Shown here: positions 8,699 through 16,857 of the stretch, piece after piece
Position numbering within the stretch: the first letter of the stretch is position 1
Layout: every line of letters begins with the position of its first letter
Assembly: GCA_015486535.1 (NCBI GenBank)
Contig: WFRK01000026.1
Coordinates: forward strand, 1 to 51,567
Length of the DNA: 51,567 nt
Direction of reading: 5' to 3'
Origin: Candidatus Microgenomates bacterium
GTDB taxonomy: Bacteria > Patescibacteriota > Microgenomatia > UBA1400 > PJMF01
Position numbers and translations under genes: made by a program
Notes under the pieces: generated by a model
Seen by the model: only the letters and a program-made list of their open reading frames with translations
Told to the model about the DNA's origin: nothing
Database searches by the model: none

Positions 8699-10714
8699 CT
8701 AAACCTTGCCAACTAACTCAGCTGGGAATCGTTGTTTGACTCTATGCACAATTTTTTGCCTGATGGGCATAATATCAGGGGCAGCAAGATTATTTTGTGG
8801 ATCAAGATAGGTCAGTCTAAAACTGTAGCGTTGTTGATAAACATCTTTCAACTCCACTTGGTGAATTAAGGGAGAAGTTTGTTTGATTGCTGCAATCAGA
8901 TCACCGATTTTTGTATTTTTGGCGATTTCAAAAGTAAGATCTTCAATCAAGGGCATCGTTTTTGCCAATGGTTGGTAATGGGGTTGACTTTGGGCCACTT
9001 GAGATAAACTATTTAAGTCAAGTTCGGCATTGATCAAACCGATGCTTGAAGCTGGTAAGGTGATGTTACTGGCGTTAATTATGCCCAAAGAATGATGTTT
9101 TTGTTTTTTGAAGGCTATTATTTCTGCCTGCGTGTTATTTTTGTTGGTGATGAATTGATAGTCTTCAACAAATAGGTAGTCCAAGAGGCCTTCTATGATG
9201 CCTCGAGCACGGCGATAATTTGACCGAAAACTAAAAGCCAATTTCATTTGTTCCTGAGGCAATTGAGTTTCTTGTCCCGTTGGTCGATAAATCTTAGCAA
9301 CTTCGAATAGTTCTAAATCAGTTGATGTGGGATTTTCAGCGATAACTTGATTAAGTGACGGCAGTAATGAGCGTCTCAAGTAAACCTTATCTTCCGTCAA
9401 AGGATTGGCTAATTTTAGGTGGTCCTTTAGTTGGTAACCGGATTTTAGAGCCTGTTTCTCACTTACCAATGAATAGGTATAGACTTCTTGGAGTCCAACG
9501 AGGCTGAGAAAATTTTTGATTTTTTCTTCTAAATCAAAGTAAGCGTCGTCCGGGCGTTTTAGTGGGAGCGTACCACCCATGATTTTGTTTGGGATATTGT
9601 GATAGCCATAAATACGGGCTACCTCCTCAACAAAATCAACTGGTATCGCTAAATCCTGCCGGTAGGTTGGCGGTGAAATAAGCAGTTGTTGCTTCTCTTG
9701 AGTTACTTTACAGCCAAGTTTAGTCAAAATCGAAATAATTATTTTTTGATCTAAACTGAAGCCGAGATAACGTTGAAAGACTGCTAAGGGAACCGTGATT
9801 GTCTTCATTGATTGTGGGTGAGGGAAATAATCGTAGAGATTGCTCGCAATTTTTGCACCGATGATTTGTTGATAAAGTTTCAATGCGAAACTGAAGGTTG
9901 GTTCGGCTAGGTGAGGATCAACATTTCTTTCGTTTAATTCTGCTGCAACGGTGCGAATATCATGCGTCATCGAACTAAATCTCACTTTTTTAGCATCAAG
10001 ATTTTCAATCCAAAAGAGAATGTTTTTTGTATTTTGATCGACTGCCGTATTGAGCGTACCCTTGATTGCCGGTAAATCGATGATCGTACCATCTTGGGCA
10101 CGAAAAATCACCTCTCCACCAACAGTGGTGTATCTCTCGCCGTCGAGAGTGGTGAATGATTCATTTTTCTTGGCGATATCAATGATAATTTTGCCACCAA
10201 GATTCATCATTTTATCGTAATCAAATGCATGGCAGGGATGGCCGAGTTCATGAGTGACGTAGTTGGTGATGTCAATGGCCGCCCAATGAACATTTTGATC
10301 GATTTGTCGCAAACGTTTAGCCATCCATTCCGGTGTGGCCGTCGGTTTAATTTGACTGAGAACAACAGTAGTAATGCGTTTAACAGCCGCTAGTTGATGA
10401 CTGATCTTTGGTAAGGGAAGCAGCTGAGTTGTTGTCGGTTGCAACTGACTAAATTTCATGAGATGAAGTGGCTTGAGTTGGGCTGGAATTTTGGCATGAT
10501 CTAAGATAACCGCGGCCTCACGAGCAATCCCCCTAACACTCATACTATCGACTCGATTTGTCGTTACCTCAATATCGTAGACAGTTTCACCCTCTTTTTC
10601 TTGAATACGTTCAACTGAAGGACCAGCGAGAGAAAGTTGCTTCCTGATTTGTTCCGGAGTGGCTTTGGTCTCTAGGTGCTCAAGTAGCCAATGATGAGGG
10701 ATTAAAATATTCAT
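8699..10714 (-). CDS. pheT: Phenylalanyl-tRNA synthetase beta subunit
   Basis: 671 aa. The N-terminus is MNILIPHHWLLEHL, followed by IEVTTNRVDSMSVRGIAREAA (B1-to-B3/4 transition). It lies immediately downstream of pheS. The N-terminal OB tRNA-binding insert of longer PheT proteins appears absent. Confidence 0.88.
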   Translation of the reverse strand: MNILIPHHWLLEHLETKATPEQIRKQLSLAGPSVERIQEKEGETVYDIEVTTNRVDSMSVRGIAREAAVILDHAKIPAQLKPLHLMKFSQLQPTTTQLLPLPKISHQLAAVKRITTVVLSQIKPTATPEWMAKRLRQIDQNVHWAAIDITNYVTHELGHPCHAFDYDKMMNLGGKIIIDIAKKNESFTTLDGERYTTVGGEVIFRAQDGTIIDLPAIKGTLNTAVDQNTKNILFWIENLDAKKVRFSSMTHDIRTVAAELNERNVDPHLAEPTFSFALKLYQQIIGAKIASNLYDYFPHPQSMKTITVPLAVFQRYLGFSLDQKIIISILTKLGCKVTQEKQQLLISPPTYRQDLAIPVDFVEEVARIYGYHNIPNKIMGGTLPLKRPDDAYFDLEEKIKNFLSLVGLQEVYTYSLVSEKQALKSGYQLKDHLKLANPLTEDKVYLRRSLLPSLNQVIAENPTSTDLELFEVAKIYRPTGQETQLPQEQMKLAFSFRSNYRRARGIIEGLLDYLFVEDYQFITNKNNTQAEIIAFKKQKHHSLGIINASNITLPASSIGLINAELDLNSLSQVAQSQPHYQPLAKTMPLIEDLTFEIAKNTKIGDLIAAIKQTSPLIHQVELKDVYQQRYSFRLTYLDPQNNLAAPDIMPIRQKIVHRVKQRFPAELVGKV

Positions 10715-10716
10715 AG

Positions 10717-11808
10717 CTAAAACTGTTCCAAAAATTTGACTTTATTATTATAGAAATGGCGAATATCGTCGATATTTAGTCCTTCTCTCAGAGTATAAGT
10801 TCTCTCCACGCCCCAGCCAAAAGCAAAACCAGTGTATTGATCCGGATCGATACCACCAGCTTTGAGAACATTGGGATGAACCATACCTGCGCCGCCAACT
10901 TCATGCCAACCGGACTTGCACAATTTGCATTTTTGGCCATTGACGAAACCAGTGCCATGACAAATATGACAGCTAAAATCTACTTCAAAAGACGGTTCGG
11001 TGAAGCGGAAGTGAAATGGTCGAATGCGTGATTTTGCCTTTGGACCATAAAATTCTTTAGCAAAATAGTCCAATGTTCCTTTTAGGTGTTGGATGGTAAT
11101 ACCTTTATCAATAACCAGGCCTTCAAATTGATGAAACATTTGTGTGTGTGTTGCGTCTTGTTGGCGGCGGTAACAACGGGCAATATTAATCATCCGAATC
11201 GGCGGTTTACCCAATCGTTCCATTTCTCTCACCTGTCCGTTGGAAGTATGGGTTGTCAGAACCAACTTGCCCCCATCAATCATCTTCGGATGCCGTTTTG
11301 TCAATTGCTTGGGATCATAAGCAACATTTCCAGTTGTGTCCGGTCGGTCGATGAAGAATGTCTCCCATTCATCACGAGCAGGGTGATTGGGGGGCATGTT
11401 CAGACTTTCAAAAACATACCAATCCCAGTCAACTTCAGGGTAACGGACGCGAATAAAACCAATTCTCTCGAAAATACGACTGATTTGATTAATCGCTTGC
11501 GTAATTGGATGAAGATGACCGACCTTTGGCTTATTGCCCGGTAAACTAAAATCAATTGACTGTTGAGTGGCCTGATTTAGCGGCGCAGTCGCAGCAATAT
11601 TTTTTGTCAAATCTCGCTTAATTTGATTAAGCAACTTGCCCGCTTGCCCCCGTTTCTCTGAGGGTAGTTGTTGGATTTGTTTGGCTAATTGAGTAAACAA
11701 ACCCTTTTTACCAAAGTAACGGGTTTGATCAATCTGGCCGCCAGTCAAGTCAGCGGCGAATTGATTTAAAACGACCTTAGCTTGTTGATTAAATTGATCG
11801 ATGGTCAT
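10717..11808 (-). CDS. pheS: Phenylalanyl-tRNA synthetase alpha subunit
   Basis: 363 aa. Class II motifs are HPARDEWETFF, FRFTEPSFEVD, a CxxC...CxxC knuckle, GGAGMVHPNVL and GFAFGWGVERT. Confidence 0.92.
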   Translation of the reverse strand: MTIDQFNQQAKVVLNQFAADLTGGQIDQTRYFGKKGLFTQLAKQIQQLPSEKRGQAGKLLNQIKRDLTKNIAATAPLNQATQQSIDFSLPGNKPKVGHLHPITQAINQISRIFERIGFIRVRYPEVDWDWYVFESLNMPPNHPARDEWETFFIDRPDTTGNVAYDPKQLTKRHPKMIDGGKLVLTTHTSNGQVREMERLGKPPIRMINIARCYRRQQDATHTQMFHQFEGLVIDKGITIQHLKGTLDYFAKEFYGPKAKSRIRPFHFRFTEPSFEVDFSCHICHGTGFVNGQKCKLCKSGWHEVGGAGMVHPNVLKAGGIDPDQYTGFAFGWGVERTYTLREGLNIDDIRHFYNNKVKFLEQF

Positions 11809-11892
11809 AAAAGTAATTTTTTTATTTTAGCTTCATCACTCTCGATTCTATTACCATTTATTGTAGCAACGATTTAAAAATCTTGCTCAACT

Positions 11893-11920
11893 AAAAAACC
11901 CCGCGGATGCAGGGTTTAGT
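11893..11920 (-). terminator. Rho-independent terminator after rplT
   Basis: A 6-bp stem AAACCC/GGGTTT (11896-11901 and 11912-11917) has a 10-nt loop and T-runs on both strands. It lies 21 nt downstream of the rplT stop. Confidence 0.45.
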
Positions 11921-11940
11921 TTTTTTGTTTTTTTAATTGC

Positions 11941-12297
11941 CTATTTACCCTGCACTTTTGCCACTAATTGACTAAAGATGTCGAAATGATTGACGGCCAG
12001 ATTAGCCAACATCTTTCGATTTAAGGAAATTTGATTTTTTTTGAGTAAATGAATGAATCGTGAATAGATTGGTGCCTGGTCAATTTGAGTTAATCCTGCT
12101 TTAACTCTCACAATCCAAAGTCGGCGGAAATCTCTCTTACGAAGTTTGCGACCAATATAAGCATATTGACCTGCATGGAGTAACGCTTCATGAGCGCGCT
12201 TATAAAGTCGATGATTAGTGCCCCGAAACCCCTTGGTTAATTTCAGTACTTTTTTGTGGCGTCGGCGTCTGACCACGCCAGTTTTTACTCTTGACAT
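11941..12297 (-). CDS. rplT: 50S ribosomal protein L20
   Basis: 118 aa. MSRVKTGVVRRRRHKKVLKLTKGFRG is the canonical bL20 N-terminus. It is third in the infC-rpmI-rplT order. Confidence 0.95.
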   Translation of the reverse strand: MSRVKTGVVRRRRHKKVLKLTKGFRGTNHRLYKRAHEALLHAGQYAYIGRKLRKRDFRRLWIVRVKAGLTQIDQAPIYSRFIHLLKKNQISLNRKMLANLAVNHFDIFSQLVAKVQGK

Positions 12298-12312
12298 ATG
12301 GATACTCCTTTA

Positions 12313-12516
12313 TCAGGCTAAACCGAGCATGCGTTTGACTTTTCTCGCCCATTTACCCTTCACTTCTACTAGCACTTTACCGGCTCGTAAAGTGCGTTTA
12401 CTTTTTTTTCTGAGTAAGTGTCGTTTATTTTGTGACCGCCGCAATACCTTGCCGGTAGCGGTGATCTTAAAACGTTTCATGGCACCTTTTCTCGTTTTTT
12501 GTTTATTTTTTTTCAT
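12313..12516 (-). CDS. rpmI: 50S ribosomal protein L35
   Basis: 67 aa and highly basic. KRFKITATGKVLRR matches the bL35 signature. It lies between infC and rplT. Confidence 0.9.
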   Translation of the reverse strand: MKKNKQKTRKGAMKRFKITATGKVLRRSQNKRHLLRKKSKRTLRAGKVLVEVKGKWARKVKRMLGLA

Positions 12517-13057
12517 GATTTTTCCTCGGCATTAATTGGGTAATAAGTTTTCTACCAATCATCTTTGGTGCCATCTCAACACTGGCAATATCCTCGACAC
12601 GAGTGATTACCTGAGCGATGACTTCTTCGCCAAAATTTTTCTTTGTAATCTGTCTCCCTTTATAGATTAAACTGAGTTTGACTTTATTACCTTTATTCAA
12701 AAATTGTTTCACCCGTTTAATTTTCGCTTCCAGATCACCTGCGCCGATAAACGGTTTAAATCTGACTTCTTTTACTTCTTGAGCTTTTGCTTTCTTGCGA
12801 CTGACTGATGCCTTCTGCTTTAGTTGATATTTGTATTTTGATAGTTCAATAATCTTGGCAATTGGTGGATTTTGCTTTTCATTAATCAAAACCAAATCTT
12901 TGCCTTCACCGTAAGCTTTCTTGATGGCGGCACTGGTCGACATCACTCCCAAAGCACCCGTCTCATCGTCAATGACACGTACTTCACTGGCACGAATCCT
13001 GCCGTTAGCAGTGATCTTAAAATTTGCTTGCCTCCTACTTCTTTTATGTCGTATCAC
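12503..13057 (-). CDS. infC: Translation initiation factor IF-3
   Basis: 184 aa. ITANGRIRASEVRVIDDETGALGV, DLVLINEKQNPPIAKII and KEVRFKPFIGAGDLEAKIKRVKQFL match the IF3 N and C domains. The start codon in the sequence is GTG (13055-13057). Confidence 0.9.
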   Translation of the reverse strand: MIRHKRSRRQANFKITANGRIRASEVRVIDDETGALGVMSTSAAIKKAYGEGKDLVLINEKQNPPIAKIIELSKYKYQLKQKASVSRKKAKAQEVKEVRFKPFIGAGDLEAKIKRVKQFLNKGNKVKLSLIYKGRQITKKNFGEEVIAQVITRVEDIASVEMAPKMIGRKLITQLMPRKNHEKK

Positions 13058-13287
13058 TTAAATTTTTGTTTTATACTTTGTTTGGACAGTTATTTACTGT
13101 TTACTGTCAATTAATTATCAGAGCTGACATTATAACATGATAAATGAAGTTGTGTAGAGGTTTAATTATTGCTATAATTCAGCCCTGTCGTTCTTGAAAA
13201 ATAAATTCATTTATAAGACTGTATCTAGTGATAAATGAGTGAGGAGAAGCGTTCGGTTGGACAAATTGAAGGAACAAGAACAGTATA

Positions 13288-13361
13288 GGGCATGTAGCTC
13301 AGTTGGTTAGAGTGCCACGTTGACATCGTGGAGGTCCCTGGTTCGAGTCCAGGCGTGCCCA
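13288..13361 (+). tRNA. tRNA-Val (anticodon GAC), no encoded CCA
   Basis: Hand-folded cloverleaf: acceptor GGGCATG/CGTGCCC, anticodon stem CCACG/CGTGG with loop TTGACAT, T-arm CCTGG-TTCGAGT-CCAGG, discriminator A. Confidence 0.9.
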
Positions 13362-13379
13362 CTATTGGGGGATTATTTA

Positions 13380-14054
13380 TCAACTGCCACCATAAGCATT
13401 GCTTCTTTCATGATGCATCATGTCAAAAACAGTGCTTGTTTTCTCTGACTTAGTGCCAGCAATTTCTAGGCCCGGTCTTTTACCTTTTCTCGCCTTTTTC
13501 TTTTTACTTTTGGCATTCATTTGAGTTGCCCAAGTGCGAGCGCTACTAATTTTTTTTCTCAAGAGGATGATTAATTGCCGGAGTTTTTGAAAGAAATTTA
13601 AGTAGTAGGCCCCGTTTTCCCCCGGATCAGTTACCTGACTCAATAAACTAACTTCAACCTCTTGATGAAACTTTTTGACGTCCTGCACCAATGCTTGAAG
13701 CTCTGCTCTGAGTTTTTCAATTTGTTTAGCGACTTCCCTTTTTCTAGCACTAAAAACGTCGGTTGTTTCAACGGGATTAATGCGTTCATGCAATTTTTGA
13801 CGACGTCTTTTCTTCTCCGCTTCCAATAGGCGTTGTTGTTGCTCACGCCTTAAGCGATCTGTTTCCTGTTGTTGTCTCGCTTCGGCTGACAGTGGTGGTT
13901 GCATCAGACCAGAGGAAAATGTCTGAGCCAAGTCAGCCTGACTCGCATTTGGTCTGCCGGATATTTTTTCTGTTTCTGATAGCGCGCGCGCAAAGGGGTT
14001 GACAGATCCCTGATAGTTTTGGTTTGTTGATGTTTTCGTTAGTGCCGGTTGCAT
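13380..14054 (-). CDS. Uncharacterised protein: disordered Q/S/P-rich N-terminus, Arg/Gln/Glu-rich coiled coil, basic C-terminal region
   Basis: 224-aa ORF. I recognise no catalytic motif. The central stretch is EARQQQETDRLRREQQQRLLEAEKKRRRQK...IEKLRAELQALVQDVKKFHQE. A KKKKARKGKR patch follows, and the protein ends HHERSNAYGGS. A perfect consensus promoter lies upstream. Confidence 0.6.
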   Translation of the reverse strand: MQPALTKTSTNQNYQGSVNPFARALSETEKISGRPNASQADLAQTFSSGLMQPPLSAEARQQQETDRLRREQQQRLLEAEKKRRRQKLHERINPVETTDVFSARKREVAKQIEKLRAELQALVQDVKKFHQEVEVSLLSQVTDPGENGAYYLNFFQKLRQLIILLRKKISSARTWATQMNAKSKKKKARKGKRPGLEIAGTKSEKTSTVFDMMHHERSNAYGGS

Positions 14055-14108
14055 AACAGAAAAAGCATGCTTGATGCTGTTTGACTAGGTTTTTACTAGA
14101 GAAAAATC

Positions 14109-14137
14109 ATTATAGGTCTTTTTGGTGGCACTGTCAA
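14109..14137 (-). promoter_or_regulatory. Consensus sigma70-type promoter (TTGACA-17 nt-TATAAT) for the 13380..14054 gene
   Basis: On the minus strand, TTGACA is at 14137-14132 and TATAAT at 14114-14109, with an exact 17-nt spacer. The predicted leader to the ATG at 14054 is ~50 nt. Confidence 0.6.
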
Positions 14138-14183
14138 GTAAATGATTCTCTCTTACCTTAGGTTTAACAAAAAAATAAATCGA

Positions 14184-15089
14184 TCAAATTGCCAACAAGT
14201 GTTTTACCATTTTATCTCGTAGCAGTAACTCTTTCACATATTGGCGGTAGTTGGGTTCTGCTTTATGAATTTTCATTGCTTGATCGGCTGTTTTATCAAA
14301 ATAAACATCAAGTTCTTTGTCGTTGATTGTCAATTTTTCTTGTTTGGCAATGGCATCTAGAATAAACATCAACTGCATTTTACCTACAGCCTGGGTGGCC
14401 AAGTTATTTGCCAATTGACGTTGATCAGTGCCCATTTGTTTTAAATAAGCGTCAAACTCAATTTTTGCTTGTTTTAACCGTTGTATTAATTGATCTAGTT
14501 GGTATTCAACTTCGCGGGTGATTAATAATTCCGGCACTTGTGGCCTGATCGTTTGAATGAGAGCGCCATAAATATGATCAAGTAAGTGTTTCTCATCCAG
14601 TTTTTGTGGTTTCTCCGTCTGAGATTGGTGAGTTTTTTTTGCTGCTTGTTTCGCTTTTTTAGTAATTTTACGATAATTTTTGACATCGATGGTTGGTTTT
14701 TCTGCTACTTCAATTTTAACCACGACATCGTTCCCTTTCGCCAAGGTAACTGGGGTGATTCGAGGAACAGTCAAGGGTTCTAATTTACGTTTTTTTATCT
14801 CAACTAAATAGACATCCGGCAAAACTTGTTGCAGTGCCTCTTCAATTAACTTTGTCGTATCAATATTTTTTTCAGCTACATCGGCTGGAACTTTGCCGGT
14901 GCGAAAACCGGCGAGTTTCAGTTTTTTGGCTGCTTTTTTCAGAGTTTTTTGATAAGCGGAAGCGACTTTTTTCCAGGCGATTGTTGTTTCAAAAATCGTA
15001 TTACCAATGATAATCGGTGGTTGCTTAGATTTTTTTGATTCGTTATTTAAGCGGCTTTTCTTAGTTTTTTGGGTTTTTTCTTTGATCAT
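14184..15089 (-). CDS. tig: Trigger factor, short form lacking the PPIase domain
   Basis: 301 aa. The ribosome-binding signature GFRTGKVP sits in an N-domain-like region (TIAWKKVASAYQKTLKKAAKKLKLAGFRTGKVPADV). A helical C-domain-like region follows directly (LITREVEYQLDQLIQRLKQ...). No FKBP-like segment lies between them. Confidence 0.7.
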   Translation of the reverse strand: MIKEKTQKTKKSRLNNESKKSKQPPIIIGNTIFETTIAWKKVASAYQKTLKKAAKKLKLAGFRTGKVPADVAEKNIDTTKLIEEALQQVLPDVYLVEIKKRKLEPLTVPRITPVTLAKGNDVVVKIEVAEKPTIDVKNYRKITKKAKQAAKKTHQSQTEKPQKLDEKHLLDHIYGALIQTIRPQVPELLITREVEYQLDQLIQRLKQAKIEFDAYLKQMGTDQRQLANNLATQAVGKMQLMFILDAIAKQEKLTINDKELDVYFDKTADQAMKIHKAEPNYRQYVKELLLRDKMVKHLLAI

Positions 15090-15140
15090 AATGTGTTAAA
15101 TTATAGCAGAAAAAGTAGTCTTAAGTGACGGAAAGTTTTT

Positions 15141-15986
15141 ATGTCAAAAAATCATCACAAACCAGTTTTATTACATCATCTGAATGATTATGCGCCGAGT
15201 GGTTTGGAATTTGCCGAGATCAAAACCAGGTTTCTTGAACATCTAAATGAACCTCAAGCAGTTGTTGTGCAAGAAACGGCCATTCCGGCTTTAGATACAA
15301 TCGCTTTAGGTTTTGTAACCGGCCAATTGGCCTTTGCACCTTATGCCGGTCAAATGGTGATTTATGGTAACTGTGCTCCAAGGAGAAGCAGTCCTAAAGC
15401 ACAGAAAAATAATATCGATCATGGTATCAAGTATGCTCGCTTAAGAAATGGGGTGGAAATAATTAATGTTTATAGTGAATATGCTTTCGGTTTTATCAAA
15501 AGCGAGATTGAGGTGTTTCATAGTCTAAATGTGCCCAATCAAGGCTCACAATTTCGTTCGCGCGACTTTTTTCCTCGCGCGGTAGCGAAGATCATTAACG
15601 GTAATTATGAAGATTTAGCTGAGCCACTCGATCCGGCCGATATTCCCGATGTGCCTCATAATTTAATTGCCTGGACTGATGGTTTTGGTAATTTGAAAAC
15701 GACGATGAGACTGTCGGATATAAAGAAAATGGGGCTTAATCCCGGTGATAAGGTTCAAGTAATTCTCAACGGTGTTAGCATGCTTGGGGTTGTTTCTCTT
15801 GGTGGTTTTCAGGTTGACCGAGGAGTCTTGGCGATTAATGCCGGTTCAAGTGGTTACGATGATCCTTTCATCGAGTTATTTTTGCGGGTCCATCAAATGA
15901 AGGAAAAGACTGCAGCAGTGCGATTTGATTACCCTGAGGGAGGAACGGAGTTTGAAATTAAGAAGTTAGGAACGAGAGCAGAATAG
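15141..15986 (+). CDS. Divergent SAM hydrolase / SAM-dependent halogenase family (DUF62)-like protein
   Basis: 281 aa. SQFRSRDFFPRAVAKIINGNYEDL resembles the FHGRDIFAPVAAHL motif. IAWTDGFGNLKTTM resembles IDRFGNLITN, and INAGSSGYDDPFIELFL resembles the GSSGLLEIA motif. The usual N-terminal DFG..DxY and VDPGVG motifs are replaced (GNCAPRR). Confidence 0.45.
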   Translation: MSKNHHKPVLLHHLNDYAPSGLEFAEIKTRFLEHLNEPQAVVVQETAIPALDTIALGFVTGQLAFAPYAGQMVIYGNCAPRRSSPKAQKNNIDHGIKYARLRNGVEIINVYSEYAFGFIKSEIEVFHSLNVPNQGSQFRSRDFFPRAVAKIINGNYEDLAEPLDPADIPDVPHNLIAWTDGFGNLKTTMRLSDIKKMGLNPGDKVQVILNGVSMLGVVSLGGFQVDRGVLAINAGSSGYDDPFIELFLRVHQMKEKTAAVRFDYPEGGTEFEIKKLGTRAE

Positions 15987-16006
15987 TTGGGCGTTGCCTA
16001 CGTTAA

Positions 16007-16035
16007 TCGACAAATAAGTTACTTCAAGGTAAAAT
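16007..16035 (+). promoter_or_regulatory. Putative promoter of the tRNA-Val/tRNA-Cys pair
   Basis: TCGACA (16007-16012), a 17-nt spacer and TAAAAT (16030-16035). It lies ~40 nt upstream of the tRNA-Val(CAC) 5' end. Confidence 0.35.
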
Positions 16036-16074
16036 AGGCCTACTTTGGTAGATAAAGCTGAAATTGATTTTTGC

Positions 16075-16151
16075 GGTCGCATAGCTCAGTTGGTTAGAGT
16101 GCTCCGTTCACATCGGAGAGGTCCCTGGTTCGAGTCCAGGTGCGACCACCA
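16075..16151 (+). tRNA. tRNA-Val (anticodon CAC), CCA encoded
   Basis: Acceptor GGTCGCA/TGCGACC, anticodon stem CTCCG/CGGAG with loop TTCACAT, T-arm CCTGG-TTCGAGT-CCAGG, discriminator A followed by a genomic CCA. Confidence 0.9.
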
Positions 16152-16173
16152 CTTCTCTTTCATTTGGATAATG

Positions 16174-16247
16174 GGCACGGTACCGGAGTGGTCTAACGGC
16201 GAGGTCTGCAAAACCTTCGTTCACGGGTTCGAATCCCGTCCGTGCCT
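16174..16247 (+). tRNA. tRNA-Cys (anticodon GCA), no encoded CCA
   Basis: Acceptor GGCACGG/CCGTGCC, anticodon loop CTGCAAA, T-arm ACGGG-TTCGAAT-CCCGT, discriminator T as is usual for tRNA-Cys. Confidence 0.85.
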
Positions 16248-16334
16248 CAAAGAAATTGAAAGTTGAAAATTAAAAGTGAAAAATGTTAGCTCTCGTTTAA
16301 TTTTATTGAGATTTATGCTTTAAAGGACTTTTTG

Positions 16335-16406
16335 CAGGGCCGGAGGGATTCGAACCCCCACGAGCGGTTTTGGAGACCGCCATGCTACCATTGACATCAC
16401 GGCCCT
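16335..16406 (-). tRNA. tRNA-Trp (anticodon CCA), no encoded CCA
   Basis: The reverse complement folds with acceptor AGGGCCG/CGGCCCT, anticodon stem GCGGT/ACCGC with loop CTCCAAA, T-arm GGGGG-TTCGAAT-CCCTC and discriminator G. Confidence 0.85.
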
Positions 16407-16549
16407 ACGATTTCAAGCTCAAAATTCTAAATCCAAAACTTAATCTGTTAGCCAGCGGATCAAAGCTCTAAACTTGTGGGATCTATTTTACCTCAACCTA
16501 TGCCAATTACCAATTGGCAAGAGTTGATTTGTCAATTAGTGAAACAAAC

Positions 16550-16831
16550 TCAGTGTTGTTTGTAGATTTCTTTGTGTGTGCCTAAATTAAAAAAATACGG
16601 CATATTATTATAAGTGAAGACTAACCTGAAATCTTTAGTTACAGATAAACTCCAAACATTGTTTAAGTTACCGGAAAGTTTATGTAGCCTAAGAGATGGA
16701 TGTTTTTGGTTTTGTTGAAAAAGCTCAAGCTTTGTTAGTACTTTTTGTGCTGATCTAGGGTTTGTCTTTTTTAGTTTTGCCAGTTTTTGACTAAAGTTCT
16801 TACTAAATTTCAGTCGTAGAATGGGTTGCAT
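16550..16831 (-). CDS. Type II toxin, RelE/YafQ-like mRNA interferase
   Basis: 93 aa. FSKNFSQKLAKLKK...HPSLRLHKLSGNLNNVWSLSVTKDFRLVF...LGTHKEIY matches the RelE/YafQ pattern (HxL.G.l...ws..i..d.Rl.f...iG.H...Y). It lies directly downstream of a small RHH-type gene. Confidence 0.7.
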   Translation of the reverse strand: MQPILRLKFSKNFSQKLAKLKKTNPRSAQKVLTKLELFQQNQKHPSLRLHKLSGNLNNVWSLSVTKDFRLVFTYNNMPYFFNLGTHKEIYKQH

Positions 16832-16857
16832 TTTAAATGTGTTTTGTAAGTTTTTGT

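Noticed and set aside
11086-11544. 152-aa ORF antisense to pheS, and similar nested or antisense track ORFs (e.g. 5285..5745, 7699..8034, 21157..21426, 22316..22865, 29088..29456, 43250..44515, 47424..47751)
   Set aside because: Each is embedded in the opposite strand or another frame of a long ORF with clear family motifs. None shows recognisable motifs or its own ribosome-binding site or promoter.
16045-16266. 73-aa ORF starting with TTG
   Set aside because: It is read straight through tRNA-Val(CAC) and tRNA-Cys(GCA). The protein-like sequence is just translated tRNA.
13058-16549. Integrase, transposase or genomic-island boundary next to the tRNA genes
   Set aside because: There is no recombinase-like ORF and no direct repeat of tRNA 3' ends flanking the region. 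Only a small TA module is accessory-looking.
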